The notes: generated from the sequence alone by a model not told the origin. A stretch of DNA of 64,000 nt from an uncultured Gammaproteobacteria bacterium (GCA_964613815.1 CAZTKG010000006.1:10973-74972), one strand, 5' to 3'; shown: positions 27,053-39,038, numbered from the stretch's first letter. A program made the numbers and translations.

Positions 27053-28900
27053 TTATGCCGGTTGAATTTCTAGCTTTGGTGCCTTTTTGGGCTCTCCTGC
27101 AATTTCTTCGAATTCTTCTTTTTCGATTGTTTCTTTTTCGAGTAGATGCTTTACAATTTTTTCCAGCATGGGTCGGTTTTTTGTGATGACTTCTTTTGCT
27201 GTTTTGAATGCTGCTTCGACAAGGGATGAGATTTCTGTGTCGATGTCTTGCGCGGTTTGTTCTGAGTAGTCGCGTTTTTCTCGGATTTCTTTTCCGAGGA
27301 AGACCATGTCGTCACGTTGACCGAATGTTCTTGGGCCGAGTTTTTCGCTCATGCCGAAGCGCGTTACGAGGTTGCGAGCGAGTTTTGTTGCGCGTTCTAG
27401 ATCGTTCGATGCACCGGTGGTAATGTCGCCGAAGATGAGTTTTTCTGCGGCGTATCCTCCGAGCATCATAGCCATTTCGTCTAGGAACTCTGCGCGGAAT
27501 TGCATTTTTTTGTCTTCGTCGGGAAGGCTCATGGTGTAGCCAGCTGCTTGGCCGCGGGAGATGATGGAGATTTTGTGTACTTCATCTGCGTGCGGGAGCA
27601 TGTGACCGACGAGGGCGTGGCCTGCTTCGTGGTAGGCGGTGATTTTTTTCTCGTCTTTTGAGAGGATGTGTGATTTTCGTTCTGGGCCAAGCATGACTTT
27701 TTCGATGGCTTCGAGCATGTCGTGTTGTTCAACCTTTTTGCGATTGTCCCGTGCGGCGAGGATTGCGGCCTCATTCATGACGTTCATGATGTCGGCGCCG
27801 GAGAATCCAATGGTGCGTTGCGCGATGCGTTTGAGATTGATTTCTTTCGCGAGTGGCTTGTTCTTCGCGTGGATTTCTAGGATTTCCTGTCGATCTTTTA
27901 GCGATGGGAGTCCTAGGATCACGCGGCGGTCGAATCGGCCTGGGCGGAGGAGGGCAGGGTCTAGGACATCTGGGCGGTTTGTTGCTGCAATGACGATGAC
28001 GCCTAGGTTTGGATCGAATCCGTCCATTTCTACCAAGATTTGGTTGAGGGTTTGTTCGCGTTCGTCGTGGCCTCCGCCGAGTCCTGCTCCGCGTTGGCGT
28101 CCGACGGCATCAATTTCGTCGATGAAGATGATGCATGGGGCGGATTTTTTTGCTTTGGCGAAGAGGTCTCGTACGCGAGAAGCTCCGACTCCGACGAACA
28201 TCTCTACGAATTCTGAGCCGGAGATGTGGTAGAAGGGGGCGTTTGCTTCGCCCGCAACGGCTCTAGCCATGAGCGTCTTTCCGGTTCCTGGAGGACCCAT
28301 GAGAAGGACACCTTTTGGAATTTTGGCTCCGACTTCTGCGTATTTTTTGGGCGATTTGAGAAAGTCGACGACTTCGAAGAGTTCTTCTTTAGCTTCCTTT
28401 GCTCCGGCGACTTCTTTGAAGGTAACCTTGTTCTTTTTGTTTGAGACTTCGCGTGCTTTTGATTGTCCGAATGTGAGAGCGCGGTTGTTTGCGCCCTGCA
28501 TCTGACGAACGATGAACCAGAAGATGATGAGGAACCCGATGAGGAAGATGACTGTTGGTAGTAGCGTTCGTAATAGGGTTACGCCGATTCCTGGTTCGGT
28601 TACTTCGATTTGTAGGCTCGCTAGTTCTTCTGTGGTTACTCCGTAGTTTGTGAGGAGTTCGGAAAGGGATTCGCCGGCTTCTTTTTTTGCCGTGAATTCT
28701 GTTCCGTCTGCTGCGATGATTGCGAGCGTGTCTTCTTTGACCTCGATTGATTCAATTTCGCTGGCTCGGATTTTTTCTACAACTTCAGATGTTGCAATGA
28801 CTTCTGGTTTGTCGTCAGTGATGTTGTAGTTGGAGAAAATGATTCCGGCGGCGAGAATGACGAGGATGAAGACGATGATGTTTTTTGACAACGGCTTCAT
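27053..28900 (-). CDS. ftsH: ATP-dependent zinc metalloprotease FtsH
   Basis: Two transmembrane helices, [20 protein letters not shown]. Confidence 0.98.
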   Translation of the reverse strand: MKPLSKNIIVFILVILAAGIIFSNYNITDDKPEVIATSEVVEKIRASEIESIEVKEDTLAIIAADGTEFTAKKEAGESLSELLTNYGVTTEELASLQIEVTEPGIGVTLLRTLLPTVIFLIGFLIIFWFIVRQMQGANNRALTFGQSKAREVSNKKNKVTFKEVAGAKEAKEELFEVVDFLKSPKKYAEVGAKIPKGVLLMGPPGTGKTLMARAVAGEANAPFYHISGSEFVEMFVGVGASRVRDLFAKAKKSAPCIIFIDEIDAVGRQRGAGLGGGHDEREQTLNQILVEMDGFDPNLGVIVIAATNRPDVLDPALLRPGRFDRRVILGLPSLKDRQEILEIHAKNKPLAKEINLKRIAQRTIGFSGADIMNVMNEAAILAARDNRKKVEQHDMLEAIEKVMLGPERKSHILSKDEKKITAYHEAGHALVGHMLPHADEVHKISIISRGQAAGYTMSLPDEDKKMQFRAEFLDEMAMMLGGYAAEKLIFGDITTGASNDLERATKLARNLVTRFGMSEKLGPRTFGQRDDMVFLGKEIREKRDYSEQTAQDIDTEISSLVEAAFKTAKEVITKNRPMLEKIVKHLLEKETIEKEEFEEIAGEPKKAPKLEIQPA

Positions 28901-28909
28901 AGGTGTGGG

Positions 28910-30208
28910 CTATGACGCTGGAGCGTCTGTTGTTTCTGATGAGGTTTCAGTTGATTCTGATTCGGTTTCTGGCGTTGTTTCGTTTGTTGTTTCTGATGGT
29001 GTCTCTGCTGTTGGCGGGGTTTCTGTTTGTGTTTCCTCTGTCGCTGGCGCAGGTGTTTCTTCTGGAGTTTCTTTTGTTGGTGTTGTTTTTGGTGCGCTGT
29101 CTTTGAGTGCCTTTAGTGAGAGGCCGAGTCGGTGTTCTTTTGGTTCGATGGAGACGATTTTGAATTTTACAACATCGCCAACTTGACCGAGTTTGAAGAC
29201 GTTCTCGACTGGTTTTTCTGAGAGTTCAGAAACGTGTGCAAGACCGTGAATGTCTTGGTCGAGCTCAACGAAGAATCCGAATGGATTGATTTTGAGGATT
29301 TTTCCTTCCACGGTGTCTCCGACTTTGTATTTCTTTTCGACGCCGGTCCATGGGTCTTCGATGAGTTTTTTGATAGATAGGAAGATTTTGCTTCCTTCGA
29401 TGCCGATGATTTCTGCTTTGACTTCTTGATCCATTTTGAGGATGTCTTTTGGATGGTCAATGCGTTGCCAGGCGATTTCTGAGATGTGTACGAGTCCTTC
29501 GAGGGATGTATTTGGATCTCCGCTCGGTTGGAATTTAATGAAGGCTCCGAAGTCTGCGAGGGCGGTGATTTTTCCTTCGATTTTGTCGCCAATGTGAATT
29601 TGTGAGATGACGTTTCGTTGTTCGCTTTCCCAGACGGCTTTTTCGCTGACGATGAGTTTTTCGTCTTGTTCATTGAGGTCGAGGATGCGGACGCGGAATG
29701 TGCTTCCAACGAATTTTTTAAGCTTTTCGAGGATTTTTTGTTTGTCACCTCCGCTTACGCGCGGGTAGTGTTCTGGAGCGAGTTGGGAAACTGGCAAGAA
29801 CCCAGAAATGAATGAAACTTTGACGATGAGTCCACCCTTGTTTGCGTCGAGCACGGTGGCTTCGATTGGATCGTTTTTTGAGAAGCTCTCTTTGAGGTTT
29901 TCCCAGGCTTTTCTGTTTCCTGCGTATCGGAATGAGAGCTCGACTTCGCCTTGTTCGTTTTCGAGATCGATGACGGTTGCTTCTACTTCGTCTCCTTCGC
30001 GGAGGTTTTGGTACATTGCTCCTTCTGCGAAGAGTTCTCGGCCTCGGACGACTCCTGTGGTCATACCTGAGAGGTCAACGCGGACTTCTCGGCCTTTTGT
30101 TGAAAGGATTTTTCCTGTGATGAGGTCACCTAGTTTTGGAATAACCAAAAAATCTCCTTCATCTAGGAGTTTTGCAAATTCTGACTGAATTGTCGTATCT
30201 TCTGACAT
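28910..30208 (-). CDS. rpsA: 30S ribosomal protein S1 (four S1 domains plus an acidic T/E-rich tail)
   Basis: Repeated S1 motifs (NKGGL, FGAFI, GLVHISE, GLAHVSE). Confidence 0.9.
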   Translation of the reverse strand: MSEDTTIQSEFAKLLDEGDFLVIPKLGDLITGKILSTKGREVRVDLSGMTTGVVRGRELFAEGAMYQNLREGDEVEATVIDLENEQGEVELSFRYAGNRKAWENLKESFSKNDPIEATVLDANKGGLIVKVSFISGFLPVSQLAPEHYPRVSGGDKQKILEKLKKFVGSTFRVRILDLNEQDEKLIVSEKAVWESEQRNVISQIHIGDKIEGKITALADFGAFIKFQPSGDPNTSLEGLVHISEIAWQRIDHPKDILKMDQEVKAEIIGIEGSKIFLSIKKLIEDPWTGVEKKYKVGDTVEGKILKINPFGFFVELDQDIHGLAHVSELSEKPVENVFKLGQVGDVVKFKIVSIEPKEHRLGLSLKALKDSAPKTTPTKETPEETPAPATEETQTETPPTAETPSETTNETTPETESESTETSSETTDAPAS

Positions 30209-30361
30209 AAAAAAGTTCCGATCTGCGCAGTTAGCTCAAGGCTAGTGGGCAAATAGGCGCTAATAGTTAATGAGGGGATGTTATGAGATTTGGTGAGGAT
30301 TGTCAAGAGTGGTAGGGTTTTTTTGTTCTTTTGATGAGGTGAAGGCCTCGAGGAGTGTGTT

Positions 30362-31207
30362 ATGGATGTGATTTCTGTTCATCAGTTTAATGAAGCTGTT
30401 CTGGATGATGCCGTGCGTCGGGCTCGTGCCCGCGACGGTGTGCTTCTGGTGAATACGGGGGTGTGTGGAAGTGCGTTGATGTTCGAAGAGAGGGTTCGCA
30501 GGGCGAGCGTTCTTTGTTCTGACTATGATGGGACGGCGCATCCTGGGAATCATTGGGATGCATTTCGGGGGTTGATGACGGAGGAGGGGCGTGAGCGGAA
30601 TCGTCGTGATGCGTTGGCGTATTGGGCTGGTGATGATCGGTCTGATGAGGGGGAGCGGGCGTTTCTTTTTCGGAGTGTTCGGCTTATTGTTGAGGCTGCT
30701 CCGATGGAGGCTCAGGTGGAAGATGTTGTTGATTTTGTTCCTCGTCCTGGCATTGTCGATTTTGCTCGTACGTTTGGTCCGAATGGGTTTGCGAGTGTGA
30801 GTTATGGGCTGTATGATGCTCAGTTTATGAGTTGGACTCGGTGGCTTGGGGTTTCGAAGGTGAATGCCTATGGTGTGCAGCTTTTGTACACGCCTTATTT
30901 TTCCGGCAGGCGGGTTTCGAGTATGGATTGTCTTTTGGCTGCTACAAGTCGTGATAAGGGTACGTGTCTTCGGCGATTTTGTCAGACGGTTGGGGTTGAT
31001 CCGCGTTTTGCACTTGCGTTTGGTGATGCCGGTGGAGATGAATGGTTGTTTCGCGCGGCTGGGACGTCGGTGATGATTTATCCTCTGGATGATGAGAATC
31101 CGGATCGGGTTGCTGCGAGGCGGCGGGCGCTTCCTCGGTTGTGGCCGCATGTTGATGCGGTGCTTGTGGGGAATTCTTGGGAGGGGATTGCTGCGATGCG
31201 GCAATGA
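30362..31207 (+). CDS. HAD-superfamily hydrolase-like protein
   Basis: SDYDGT, K and FGDAGGD motifs. Confidence 0.7.
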   Translation: MDVISVHQFNEAVLDDAVRRARARDGVLLVNTGVCGSALMFEERVRRASVLCSDYDGTAHPGNHWDAFRGLMTEEGRERNRRDALAYWAGDDRSDEGERAFLFRSVRLIVEAAPMEAQVEDVVDFVPRPGIVDFARTFGPNGFASVSYGLYDAQFMSWTRWLGVSKVNAYGVQLLYTPYFSGRRVSSMDCLLAATSRDKGTCLRRFCQTVGVDPRFALAFGDAGGDEWLFRAAGTSVMIYPLDDENPDRVAARRRALPRLWPHVDAVLVGNSWEGIAAMRQ

Positions 31208-31258
31208 CGTGACTGGGTCTTTGGGCCTGGTTTTTTGTTTGTGATAAGATCGAGATAT

Positions 31259-31948
31259 ATGTCACATCCACATCAATCGTTTTTGGACGAGTTTCAGATT
31301 GCTATCGATAAAATGGTTCCGCTTACTCCGCCGGAGTTTGTGGAGGAGGCGAAGAAGTTGCACGCGGAATTGTCTGCGGAAGAGGGGACGAGTGAGAAGC
31401 AGATTCATCAGGCGCTTAGTGTGATTGGGCGGAAGGAATTTCCTTATCGGAAGGCTTATCATGAGATTTGTGCGGGGGATGAGGAGCAGCGGTTGCAGGT
31501 TGCTGTGTTTGAGCGGCTTGAGGATGACTTGAAGAAGAAGGTTGAGGAGTTGACGAAGCATGGGGTGGCTTTGGATCATTTGGTTGAGAGTAAGTTATTT
31601 GAGGAGCAGTTTGAGGGGACGGAGCGGTATCAGATTGAACAGGCGATTTTGATGAGTGAAGAAGTTATTGATAGTCAGTGTGATGACAGGGCGAAGAATC
31701 GGAATGCGCAGTTTGGGGATCTTGTAGAGAAGTGGAAGACGGAGGTTGATCGGTTACAGGGGATGATTGATCGGTTGCGCGCGATGGGGGATGAGGATGC
31801 GAAATGGACGGCGGAGATTCGGGGGAGTGCGGATCGGCTGGAAGAGGGGTGGAGCGTTGTTGAGCGAGATCCGGGCGAAGAGGAAATTGTAAAAGAGATT
31901 GAGTATTGGACGACGGTGCTTCATGAGGGGGAGGATGATGCGGTTTAG
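31259..31948 (+). CDS. hypothetical alpha-helical protein
   Basis: Acidic helical ORF starting MSHPHQ. Confidence 0.8.
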   Translation: MSHPHQSFLDEFQIAIDKMVPLTPPEFVEEAKKLHAELSAEEGTSEKQIHQALSVIGRKEFPYRKAYHEICAGDEEQRLQVAVFERLEDDLKKKVEELTKHGVALDHLVESKLFEEQFEGTERYQIEQAILMSEEVIDSQCDDRAKNRNAQFGDLVEKWKTEVDRLQGMIDRLRAMGDEDAKWTAEIRGSADRLEEGWSVVERDPGEEEIVKEIEYWTTVLHEGEDDAV

Positions 31949-32014
31949 GTTTGGTGGATGATCGCGTTGTTTTGGATTGGGTGACGTGTTAAGATTCTGA
32001 CGAACAATGATTTT

Positions 32015-32644
32015 ATGCTTCAGATTATTTCTCACGGTTTTGGGTGTTTTTGGATGCAGATTAAGACTGCTTCTGGGGAGGTTTCGCTTGTTACGGATCC
32101 TTATAAGTCAGAAAAAGGGGCTAATTTTCCTAAATCTTTGAGCGCTTCTTTGATTGTGCGGTCGCATGAGGGGGGTGAGACACAAAATGTTTCAGGGGTG
32201 CAGTCTGAGCAGGAGGGGGTAAAGCCGTTTGTTGTGGATCATGCTGGAGAATATGAAGTTCAGGGGATGTTTGTGCGAGGTGTGACGGTTGGGAAAAAGG
32301 GGGATGCGATTTATCGGCTTGGGCTTGGTGATTTTTCTGTGGTGTTTTTTGGGGCTTGGAGCGGCGTGCTTACAGATAAGCAAGTTGAGGCGCTTGGTGT
32401 TGTTGATGTGATGGTTGTGCCCGTTGGAGGGAAGGATGGATTGACGGTTGATGCGGCACGGAGCTTGACGCAGCAAGTTGAGCCGCGGATTGTGGTTCCG
32501 TTTATGTATTCTGGCGATAAGGGTGCAAAGGAGATTGAAGCGTTTTGCAAAGAGCTTGCAAGTCCGGTTGAAGAGGTTTCTAAGATGAAGATAAAAAAGA
32601 GCGCACTTCCACAGGATGGGATGCAAGTTTATGTGCTTTCTTAG
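32015..32644 (+). CDS. metallo-beta-lactamase-fold protein (degenerate metal motif)
   Basis: VTDPY, GEYEV, DVMVVPVGG, EPRIVVP; the HxHxDH motif is reduced to SHEGGE. Confidence 0.8.
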   Translation: MLQIISHGFGCFWMQIKTASGEVSLVTDPYKSEKGANFPKSLSASLIVRSHEGGETQNVSGVQSEQEGVKPFVVDHAGEYEVQGMFVRGVTVGKKGDAIYRLGLGDFSVVFFGAWSGVLTDKQVEALGVVDVMVVPVGGKDGLTVDAARSLTQQVEPRIVVPFMYSGDKGAKEIEAFCKELASPVEEVSKMKIKKSALPQDGMQVYVLS

Positions 32645-32647
32645 GGT

Positions 32648-33199
32648 ATGAAGATTACTCGACCGTCACAGCGTAAGCATCGAGGATTGTTTTTTGGCGC
32701 GCTTGCTGTTGGGGTGGTTGTGTTGTTTGGGATTTGGGGGTTTCAGATTTTGGTCATGGTGGAAGGTAATGCGGAGCGTATGGCTGGGCGTGAGAAGTTG
32801 AGTGAAACGATTGAAGCTGGGCAGGATTATGCGGAGGAGCTTCGGGAGTTGACGCCTCAGCTCGATGGAGATGTGCAGAATTTTGTTTCTGGGATTTCGA
32901 ATTTGTTTTTTGCGGCTGAGGTGAGTGAGGCTGAGGCGGAAGCTGTTGCTGGAGGGGTTGTGGAGGCGCTTTTGGCTGATTTGGACGAGGAGGACGTAAA
33001 GAGCGATGACGCTCCACGTCCCGAGGGGGAAGTTGAAGGCGTTGATTCCGGAGATGAGGAGGGGGGAGATGGGAGTATTGATGGCGGAGGTGATGATCGG
33101 AGTTTGATTTATGCTGAGACTGATGTGGCTGAAGGGGATTTCTCCAGCAAGGTCGAGATGACAGAAGGAGGGGGTGAAGGTGAGGATGTTCGTTTTTAA
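32648..33199 (+). CDS. hypothetical single-pass membrane protein
   Basis: One transmembrane helix and an acidic tail containing a REP-like repeat. Confidence 0.65.
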   Translation: MKITRPSQRKHRGLFFGALAVGVVVLFGIWGFQILVMVEGNAERMAGREKLSETIEAGQDYAEELRELTPQLDGDVQNFVSGISNLFFAAEVSEAEAEAVAGGVVEALLADLDEEDVKSDDAPRPEGEVEGVDSGDEEGGDGSIDGGGDDRSLIYAETDVAEGDFSSKVEMTEGGGEGEDVRF

Positions 33200-33214
33200 T
33201 GATTTATATTGCAT

Positions 33215-35803
33215 ATGGCGAAGAAGAAGGGTGCTGGTGATGAGAAGTTGCCGCTTGTGAAAGAAAATATTATTTCTCAGCCGATGGTTGAGGAAATGAA
33301 ACGGTCCTATCTTGATTATGCGATGAGCGTGATTGTTTCGCGTGCGCTTCCGGATGTTCGTGATGGATTGAAGCCTGTACATCGTCGTATTTTGTATGCG
33401 ATGTGGACGATTGGGCTTCGCTCTACGGCGAAGTTTCGGAAGTCGGCGAATGTGGTTGGAGAGGTGATGGCGAAATATCACCCTCATGGTGATAGCGCGA
33501 TTTATGATGCGATGGTTCGTATGGCGCAGGACTTTAGTTTTCGTCATCCGCTTGTGCGCGGGCAGGGGAACTTTGGGTCCATGGATGGTGATGGTGCTGC
33601 GGCGATGCGTTATACGGAGGCGAAGCTTGAGCTCATCGCAGAAAGTTTGCTTTTGGATATTGAGAAGAAGACGGTTGATTTTCGACCGAACTATGATGAG
33701 AGTCACAAGGAGCCAAGTGTTTTACCTGCGAAATTGCCGAATTTGCTTTTGAACGGGACGCTTGGAATTGCGGTTGGAATGGCGACGAATATTCCTCCGC
33801 ATAATCTTGGAGAGCTTTGTGCTGCTATTTTGCTTTTACTTGATAAGCCGGATGCGACACTTGCGGAGCTTTTGGAGCATGTGAAGGGGCCGGATTTCCC
33901 GACCGGAGCGATTGTGTATGGAGCGAAAGATTTGGAGCAGGCGTATGCGACTGGGCGTGGAGGGATTGTGGTGCGGGCGAAGGCGGATATTGAGGAGCGC
34001 AAGAAGGGTGGGCATCAGATTGTGGTTACGGAGGTGCCGTACATGGTGAATAAGGCTTCGATGCTTGAGAAAATCGCGCTTTTGGTTCGGGAGAAGAAGT
34101 TGGAGGGGATTCGGGATTTGCGGGATGAAAGTAACAAGGATGGTGTACGCGTTGTGATTGAGCTTAAAAAGGATGCATATCCGAAGAAGGTGTTGAATCG
34201 GTTATATCAGGCGACGCAATTGCAGACATCGTTTCATTTTAATATGGTTGCGCTTGTTGAAGGGGGAATGCAACCACGGATTTTGGGGTTGAAAGATATT
34301 TTGGTTGAGTACGTAAAGCATCGGGAAGAAGTTGTTCGTCGTCGGACGGAGTTTGAGCTTGAGAAGGCTCGAGAGCGCGCGCATATTTTGGAGGGGTTGA
34401 AAATTGCGCTTGAGAATATTGATAAGATTATTGCGACCATTAAGAAATCGAAAGATAAAGAAGAGGCTCGAGAGAATTTGATGAAGAAATTTAAGCTCAG
34501 TGAACGGCAGGCGATTGCGATTTTGGACATGCGATTGCAGAGTCTTGCGAATTTGGAGCAGTTGAAAATTGAGCAGGAGTATGAGGAGAAGATGAAGTTG
34601 ATTCGGGCGCTTGAGGCGATTTTGAAATCTCGTGCGAAGATGATGTCTGTGATTCGGGAGGAGATTGAGGAAATTCGGGATCGGTTTAGTGAAGATCGGC
34701 GCACGAAGATTGTGAAGAGTGGGATTAAGGAGTTTTCTATTGAGGATGTTATTCCTGATACGCAGACGATTGTGATGATGACTCGTGATGGGTACATTAA
34801 GCGTTTGAGTCCGGATACGTTCCGAAAGCAGGTGCGTGGAGGGAAGGGAGTTGCTGGTTTGACGACAAAGGAGGCGGATAGTGTTGAGTCGATGTTTGCG
34901 GCGACGACGCATCAGGATATTTTGTTCTTTACGTCTCGTGGACGCGTGTTTAAGTTGAAGGTTTATGAGATTCCAGAGGCGAGTCGGACGGCAAAGGGGC
35001 AGGCGATTGTGAATTTTTTACAGCTTGCGCCTGGGGAGCGCGTGAATGCGACGATGCGTGGGCGTGATTTGGTGAATTCTGAATATATTTTGATGGTGAC
35101 TCGGAAGGGGCTCATGAAGAAGACGGCGGTTAAGGAATTTGCGAGTGTGCGGAAGAGTGGGCTTATTGCGATTAAGTTGAAAGATGGAGATGCGCTTGAG
35201 TGGGTGAAGTCTAGCAGTGGAGAGGATGAGGTGATGATTGTGACGAGTCTTGCTATGGCGATTCGATTTAGTGAGAAAGATGTGCGTCCAATGGGGCGTG
35301 TCGCGGCTGGTGTGCGCGGGATTAAGCTTCGCAGTGAGGATACGGTTGTTGGGATGACGGTTTTGACAAAGGAAGATATTGATGAGGATCGATCTTTGCT
35401 TGTGATCAGTCAGTTTGGATATGGAAAGCGAACGGCGTTTAAGGAATATAAGGTTCAGAATCGTGGAGGGATGGGGATTCGTACGAGTAAGTTGACGAGT
35501 AAGACGGGGAATTTGGTTTCTGCGAAGAAGGTGAGTAAGCGTGATTCTCGTGACCTTTTGGTGGTGAGTGAGGCTGGGCAGGTGATTCGGCTTGGAGTGA
35601 CGAGTATTTCGAAGCTTGGGCGTGCGACGCAAGGTGTGCGGGTGATGCGGTTTAAGAAGGCGGGCGATAGTGTGAGTAGCGTAGCGTTTGTGGAAAGTGA
35701 GCCGGAGATTGTGCCGGAGGATGTGCAGGCGGCGATTGATGATGGAGGTGGTGATGGGAAGAAGAAAGAAAAAGAGAAGGAGAAGAAGAAAGCGAAGAAG
35801 TAG
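33215..35803 (+). CDS. gyrA: DNA gyrase subunit A
   Basis: [29 protein letters not shown], GyrA-box QVRGGKG. Confidence 0.98.
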   Translation: MAKKKGAGDEKLPLVKENIISQPMVEEMKRSYLDYAMSVIVSRALPDVRDGLKPVHRRILYAMWTIGLRSTAKFRKSANVVGEVMAKYHPHGDSAIYDAMVRMAQDFSFRHPLVRGQGNFGSMDGDGAAAMRYTEAKLELIAESLLLDIEKKTVDFRPNYDESHKEPSVLPAKLPNLLLNGTLGIAVGMATNIPPHNLGELCAAILLLLDKPDATLAELLEHVKGPDFPTGAIVYGAKDLEQAYATGRGGIVVRAKADIEERKKGGHQIVVTEVPYMVNKASMLEKIALLVREKKLEGIRDLRDESNKDGVRVVIELKKDAYPKKVLNRLYQATQLQTSFHFNMVALVEGGMQPRILGLKDILVEYVKHREEVVRRRTEFELEKARERAHILEGLKIALENIDKIIATIKKSKDKEEARENLMKKFKLSERQAIAILDMRLQSLANLEQLKIEQEYEEKMKLIRALEAILKSRAKMMSVIREEIEEIRDRFSEDRRTKIVKSGIKEFSIEDVIPDTQTIVMMTRDGYIKRLSPDTFRKQVRGGKGVAGLTTKEADSVESMFAATTHQDILFFTSRGRVFKLKVYEIPEASRTAKGQAIVNFLQLAPGERVNATMRGRDLVNSEYILMVTRKGLMKKTAVKEFASVRKSGLIAIKLKDGDALEWVKSSSGEDEVMIVTSLAMAIRFSEKDVRPMGRVAAGVRGIKLRSEDTVVGMTVLTKEDIDEDRSLLVISQFGYGKRTAFKEYKVQNRGGMGIRTSKLTSKTGNLVSAKKVSKRDSRDLLVVSEAGQVIRLGVTSISKLGRATQGVRVMRFKKAGDSVSSVAFVESEPEIVPEDVQAAIDDGGGDGKKKEKEKEKKKAKK

Positions 35804-35898
35804 ATTTGAAGCGGGGCGCGAGCCCTGTTTTGATTTGTGTAAAAAAAACTCCCCGTCGCTGCGCGAGCGACGGGGCAAGTCCTTGAGAGGGTGTGATG

Positions 35899-37929
35899 CT
35901 AGAGGGCGTCACCGGTGAGGGCGCATTCCTTCTTTTTCTTTGGGCAGGTGAGAAGGTACATGTGGCCTGACCGGAGGACAACCGTTGCACGGATTTGGAC
36001 CCTGTCTTTGAGGACGCGGATGGCTGTGTAGCCGCCGGGGGGTACCGAGATGTCTTCGCCGGGTGACAAGGCGAATTTGTTTCGGTCGATGTCGAGTAGG
36101 TAGTCGATTCCTCCGTTCGGATCGGTGCCGATTCTGGCGAAGGTTCTGATTTCCTTGACTTCCGTTGCCGTTGTTGTGGGAGTCGCTTCCTGGGTGGGTT
36201 GCGAGACCGTTTGAACTGGGGTTTCGGGAGTTGGCGCCGGAGGCTCTTCCATGAAGAACGTTCGATAGCCGAGGATGACCACGACGATCACTAGAAGAGC
36301 GAGAATGGTGCCTTCGATCCAGCCTGCTCGCGAGCGAGGCTGCTCGATTGGCTCGACGCTGAAGGCGGTTGGGATTTTCGCTGAGCCTGGAGCTGCGAAG
36401 GTCCCCCCTGGGACGCGTCTCGTTTGTGGCCGCTCCACTGGATCTGGTTCGTTTGCGAATTCGATGGGAGTTCTCGGGCCAGCCGGAGGTTCAGCTTGGA
36501 TAGGCGGCGGTGTTGGCGCTGAGATCTCGGGAAGTTCGAATTCGGCAAACGTCTGGTTTGTGTCTTGATCCGTTTGCTGCGCCGGTTCGGGCTCTTGGAG
36601 TTCTTCGATGATGGCCATTGCGCCTGTTCCAGCGTGCTGCCGAATGATGGGTGTTGAGCTACGAACCGGAGCAATCGGCTCGCTGATTGATTCCATCGGT
36701 GTCACGATTGCAGCTGGGGCTGGCACGATCGTTGGGGAGGACGCGGGGATTTGAACCGGTCGCGGTCCTCTTGGGACGTGCGCTGTGGCGGGTGCTGGCG
36801 GTGAGGTTTGCGGCTTGATGTGTGTACGCGCCTTTGGCTGAGGCGTTGCCGCGACTTGAGGTGCTTCTGATGGTGTGGGCGCGCGTGGCGTTGCCCTGGG
36901 CATGCTGATCATCAGATGTCTGGGCGGCGATGCTGGACTGTGGAAGTCGCTCGGGAATTCGGTTCTGGTTCCGCCTGAGGATCCTTTTTCGAGTCTTTCT
37001 GTTGAGGGCTTTGGCGTTGTTGGTCGCGCGCGGTTGATGCTGATGACGCCCTTGCTGGTTCTCGCCTCGATTTCCTGAAGCATAGCTTCTGCGGCTGGGA
37101 ATCGTTTGCCAGGATTCCACTGTGTTGCTCTGACGATGATGCCACGCAATGGCTCGGTGATCGGCTGGAGCTCGGAGGCTGGGAACATCTGGCTTCCTCT
37201 CAGGCGTTTTGGTGGGAGTTTTCCGAGCGCGAGGGCGAGCATGGTCACGCCAAGGGCATAGATGTCCGCCGTTTCGCTGATTCGGGTTGGGTCCCTTGCT
37301 TGTTCTGGCGCCATGTATTCCGGGGATCCCATGCGGGATCCTGCGCGCGTGTGCGCGACACCCATGTTGCCTTGGGCGATTCCGAAGTCTGCGAGGACGT
37401 ACTGGCCATGGTCTCCGATGAGGATGTTGTCTGGCTTGACGTCTCTGTGCATGTACCCTTGCGAGTGAGCGAATGAGAGTGCTCGTAAGATGTCGCGTGT
37501 GATTGCGAGAATCTTCCACTGGGAAAGTGGTGATGCACGTCCCTCTTGCCCCTTTCGGATGTACTGTTCGCACGATCCGTGCTTGAAGTACTGGAGTACG
37601 AGATAGTAGATGTGGAACATCTTTCTCTGTGTGCTCTGGTTTGGCAGGATGGTGCGCTGGACGTCGTAGAGCGTGAGGATGTTCGGGTGGCCTCGAAGTG
37701 CGGCGAGAATTGTTGCCTCTTGTGTGAATCGGGCAACTGATTCGTTGTTGCGGCACATTTTTGGGTCGAGGAACTTCAGGGCGAGGGTGATGTTGATGTG
37801 ATCGGCCACGCTTCCGAAGACGCGATCTTCTGCGAGGAAGACCGTCGACATTCCGCCTTCGCCGATTTTTTGCCTGATGCGATATCGATGATCGGCAGGG
37901 AACTGGAATCCATCGAGAAGATTGGACAT
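35899..37929 (-). CDS. Hanks-type Ser/Thr protein kinase with Pro-rich linker, transmembrane helix and extracellular domain
   Basis: IGEGGMSTV, ALK, HRDVKPDN, DFG, GSPEYMAPE, DIYALG; AAGGAG Shine-Dalgarno before ATG 37929. Confidence 0.93.
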   Translation of the reverse strand: MSNLLDGFQFPADHRYRIRQKIGEGGMSTVFLAEDRVFGSVADHINITLALKFLDPKMCRNNESVARFTQEATILAALRGHPNILTLYDVQRTILPNQSTQRKMFHIYYLVLQYFKHGSCEQYIRKGQEGRASPLSQWKILAITRDILRALSFAHSQGYMHRDVKPDNILIGDHGQYVLADFGIAQGNMGVAHTRAGSRMGSPEYMAPEQARDPTRISETADIYALGVTMLALALGKLPPKRLRGSQMFPASELQPITEPLRGIIVRATQWNPGKRFPAAEAMLQEIEARTSKGVISINRARPTTPKPSTERLEKGSSGGTRTEFPSDFHSPASPPRHLMISMPRATPRAPTPSEAPQVAATPQPKARTHIKPQTSPPAPATAHVPRGPRPVQIPASSPTIVPAPAAIVTPMESISEPIAPVRSSTPIIRQHAGTGAMAIIEELQEPEPAQQTDQDTNQTFAEFELPEISAPTPPPIQAEPPAGPRTPIEFANEPDPVERPQTRRVPGGTFAAPGSAKIPTAFSVEPIEQPRSRAGWIEGTILALLVIVVVILGYRTFFMEEPPAPTPETPVQTVSQPTQEATPTTTATEVKEIRTFARIGTDPNGGIDYLLDIDRNKFALSPGEDISVPPGGYTAIRVLKDRVQIRATVVLRSGHMYLLTCPKKKKECALTGDAL

Positions 37930-38132
37930 GGTTTCTCCTTGAAAAACTGGTGAAATTGATAATGAACGAGAGGAATTCTTATCAGAAAAAATGGGTTTTG
38001 TCAAGGAAAAATGATATTTTTTTGTTTGTTTGCTTGGGTTTTTGGTTTATTTTGGCGATTTGGTTGTTTTTGATTCGTGTGTTTGACAATTTGGGCGATA
38101 TTTATTACAGTTCTGGCCGTAATCTATCTTTT

Positions 38133-38402
38133 ATGTCTGTTCCGAAGTTTCGGAATTCTCGTTCTCGTGTTCGACGTCGTCGCGCGCATCATCATTTGAA
38201 ACCTGTATCGCTCCGAAATTGCGGAAAATGTTCCGAGCCTGTTTTGCCTCATGTGGCATGCAAGGCTTGTGGATTTTATAAAGGACGAGAAGTGGTGAAA
38301 AAAGATGTTGTTCCGGTGAGGGTTGAGGCGAAAACTGAAGAATCAAAACCAACTGAGGTTGTAGCCCCTCAAGAAAAAGCTGCAGAAAAGACTCCGGCGT
38401 AA
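38133..38402 (+). CDS. rpmF: 50S ribosomal protein L32
   Basis: MSVPK...RRRRAH...CGKC...PHVACKACGFYKGR. Confidence 0.95.
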   Translation: MSVPKFRNSRSRVRRRRAHHHLKPVSLRNCGKCSEPVLPHVACKACGFYKGREVVKKDVVPVRVEAKTEESKPTEVVAPQEKAAEKTPA

Positions 38403-38457
38403 TGCGCTGAGTCTTTTTGTGATATTCTTTAGCCACTAATGTTGAATACTTGATTGT

Positions 38458-39036
38458 ATGTCGAATCGTCATTTAGCCCGAACCATGGCTATGCAGTGTC
38501 TTTTTGAATGGGATTTTCGTCGTGGTGATAAAGAGCGGGTGCCGGAGATTGTGCAGTTTGTGAAGGAGGAGTTTGCTCCTCAGTTTGATGATGGGGATTA
38601 TGTGGCTCATCAGGTCGCGGAAACGATTGGGCGGATTAATGAAATTGATGAGATTTTGGAACATTTTGCGCCGGATTGGAATATTCCTGAGATGACGATT
38701 GTTGATCGGAATATTTTGCGGCTTGGGGCGTATGAGTTGAAATTTGATGAGAAGATTCCTAGTAAGGTGGCGATTAATGAGGCGATTGAATTGGGGAAGA
38801 CATTTGGAGGAAGTGCTAGTGGGAAGTTTATTAATGGTGTGCTTGGAGCGGTTTATAAAGATATGGTTGCCAAGGGTGAGTTGAAGAAGGTTGATTTGGA
38901 GAAGCGAGAAGAAAAAGAGAAGAAGGAAGAAGTGGCTGATGCCGGGGAAGGGAAGGAAGGTGAAGAGATCTCTCCACAAGGTCGAGATGGGAAGGGGGAT
39001 GAGAAAGAGGAGAAGAAAGAATCTAGTGACGAATAA
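38458..39036 (+). CDS. nusB: transcription antitermination factor NusB
   Basis: [45 protein letters not shown]. Confidence 0.96.
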   Translation: MSNRHLARTMAMQCLFEWDFRRGDKERVPEIVQFVKEEFAPQFDDGDYVAHQVAETIGRINEIDEILEHFAPDWNIPEMTIVDRNILRLGAYELKFDEKIPSKVAINEAIELGKTFGGSASGKFINGVLGAVYKDMVAKGELKKVDLEKREEKEKKEEVADAGEGKEGEEISPQGRDGKGDEKEEKKESSDE

Positions 39037-39038
39037 GT

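Noticed and set aside
28910-29100. Repetitive T/E/P-rich tail of S1 as a repeat element
   Set aside because: Low-complexity protein tail with no nucleotide-level periodicity beyond codon bias.
37950-38132. Long hydrophobic N-terminal extension of L32 in the ORF track
   Set aside because: T-rich divergent promoter region; the true start is ATG 38133 (MSVPK).
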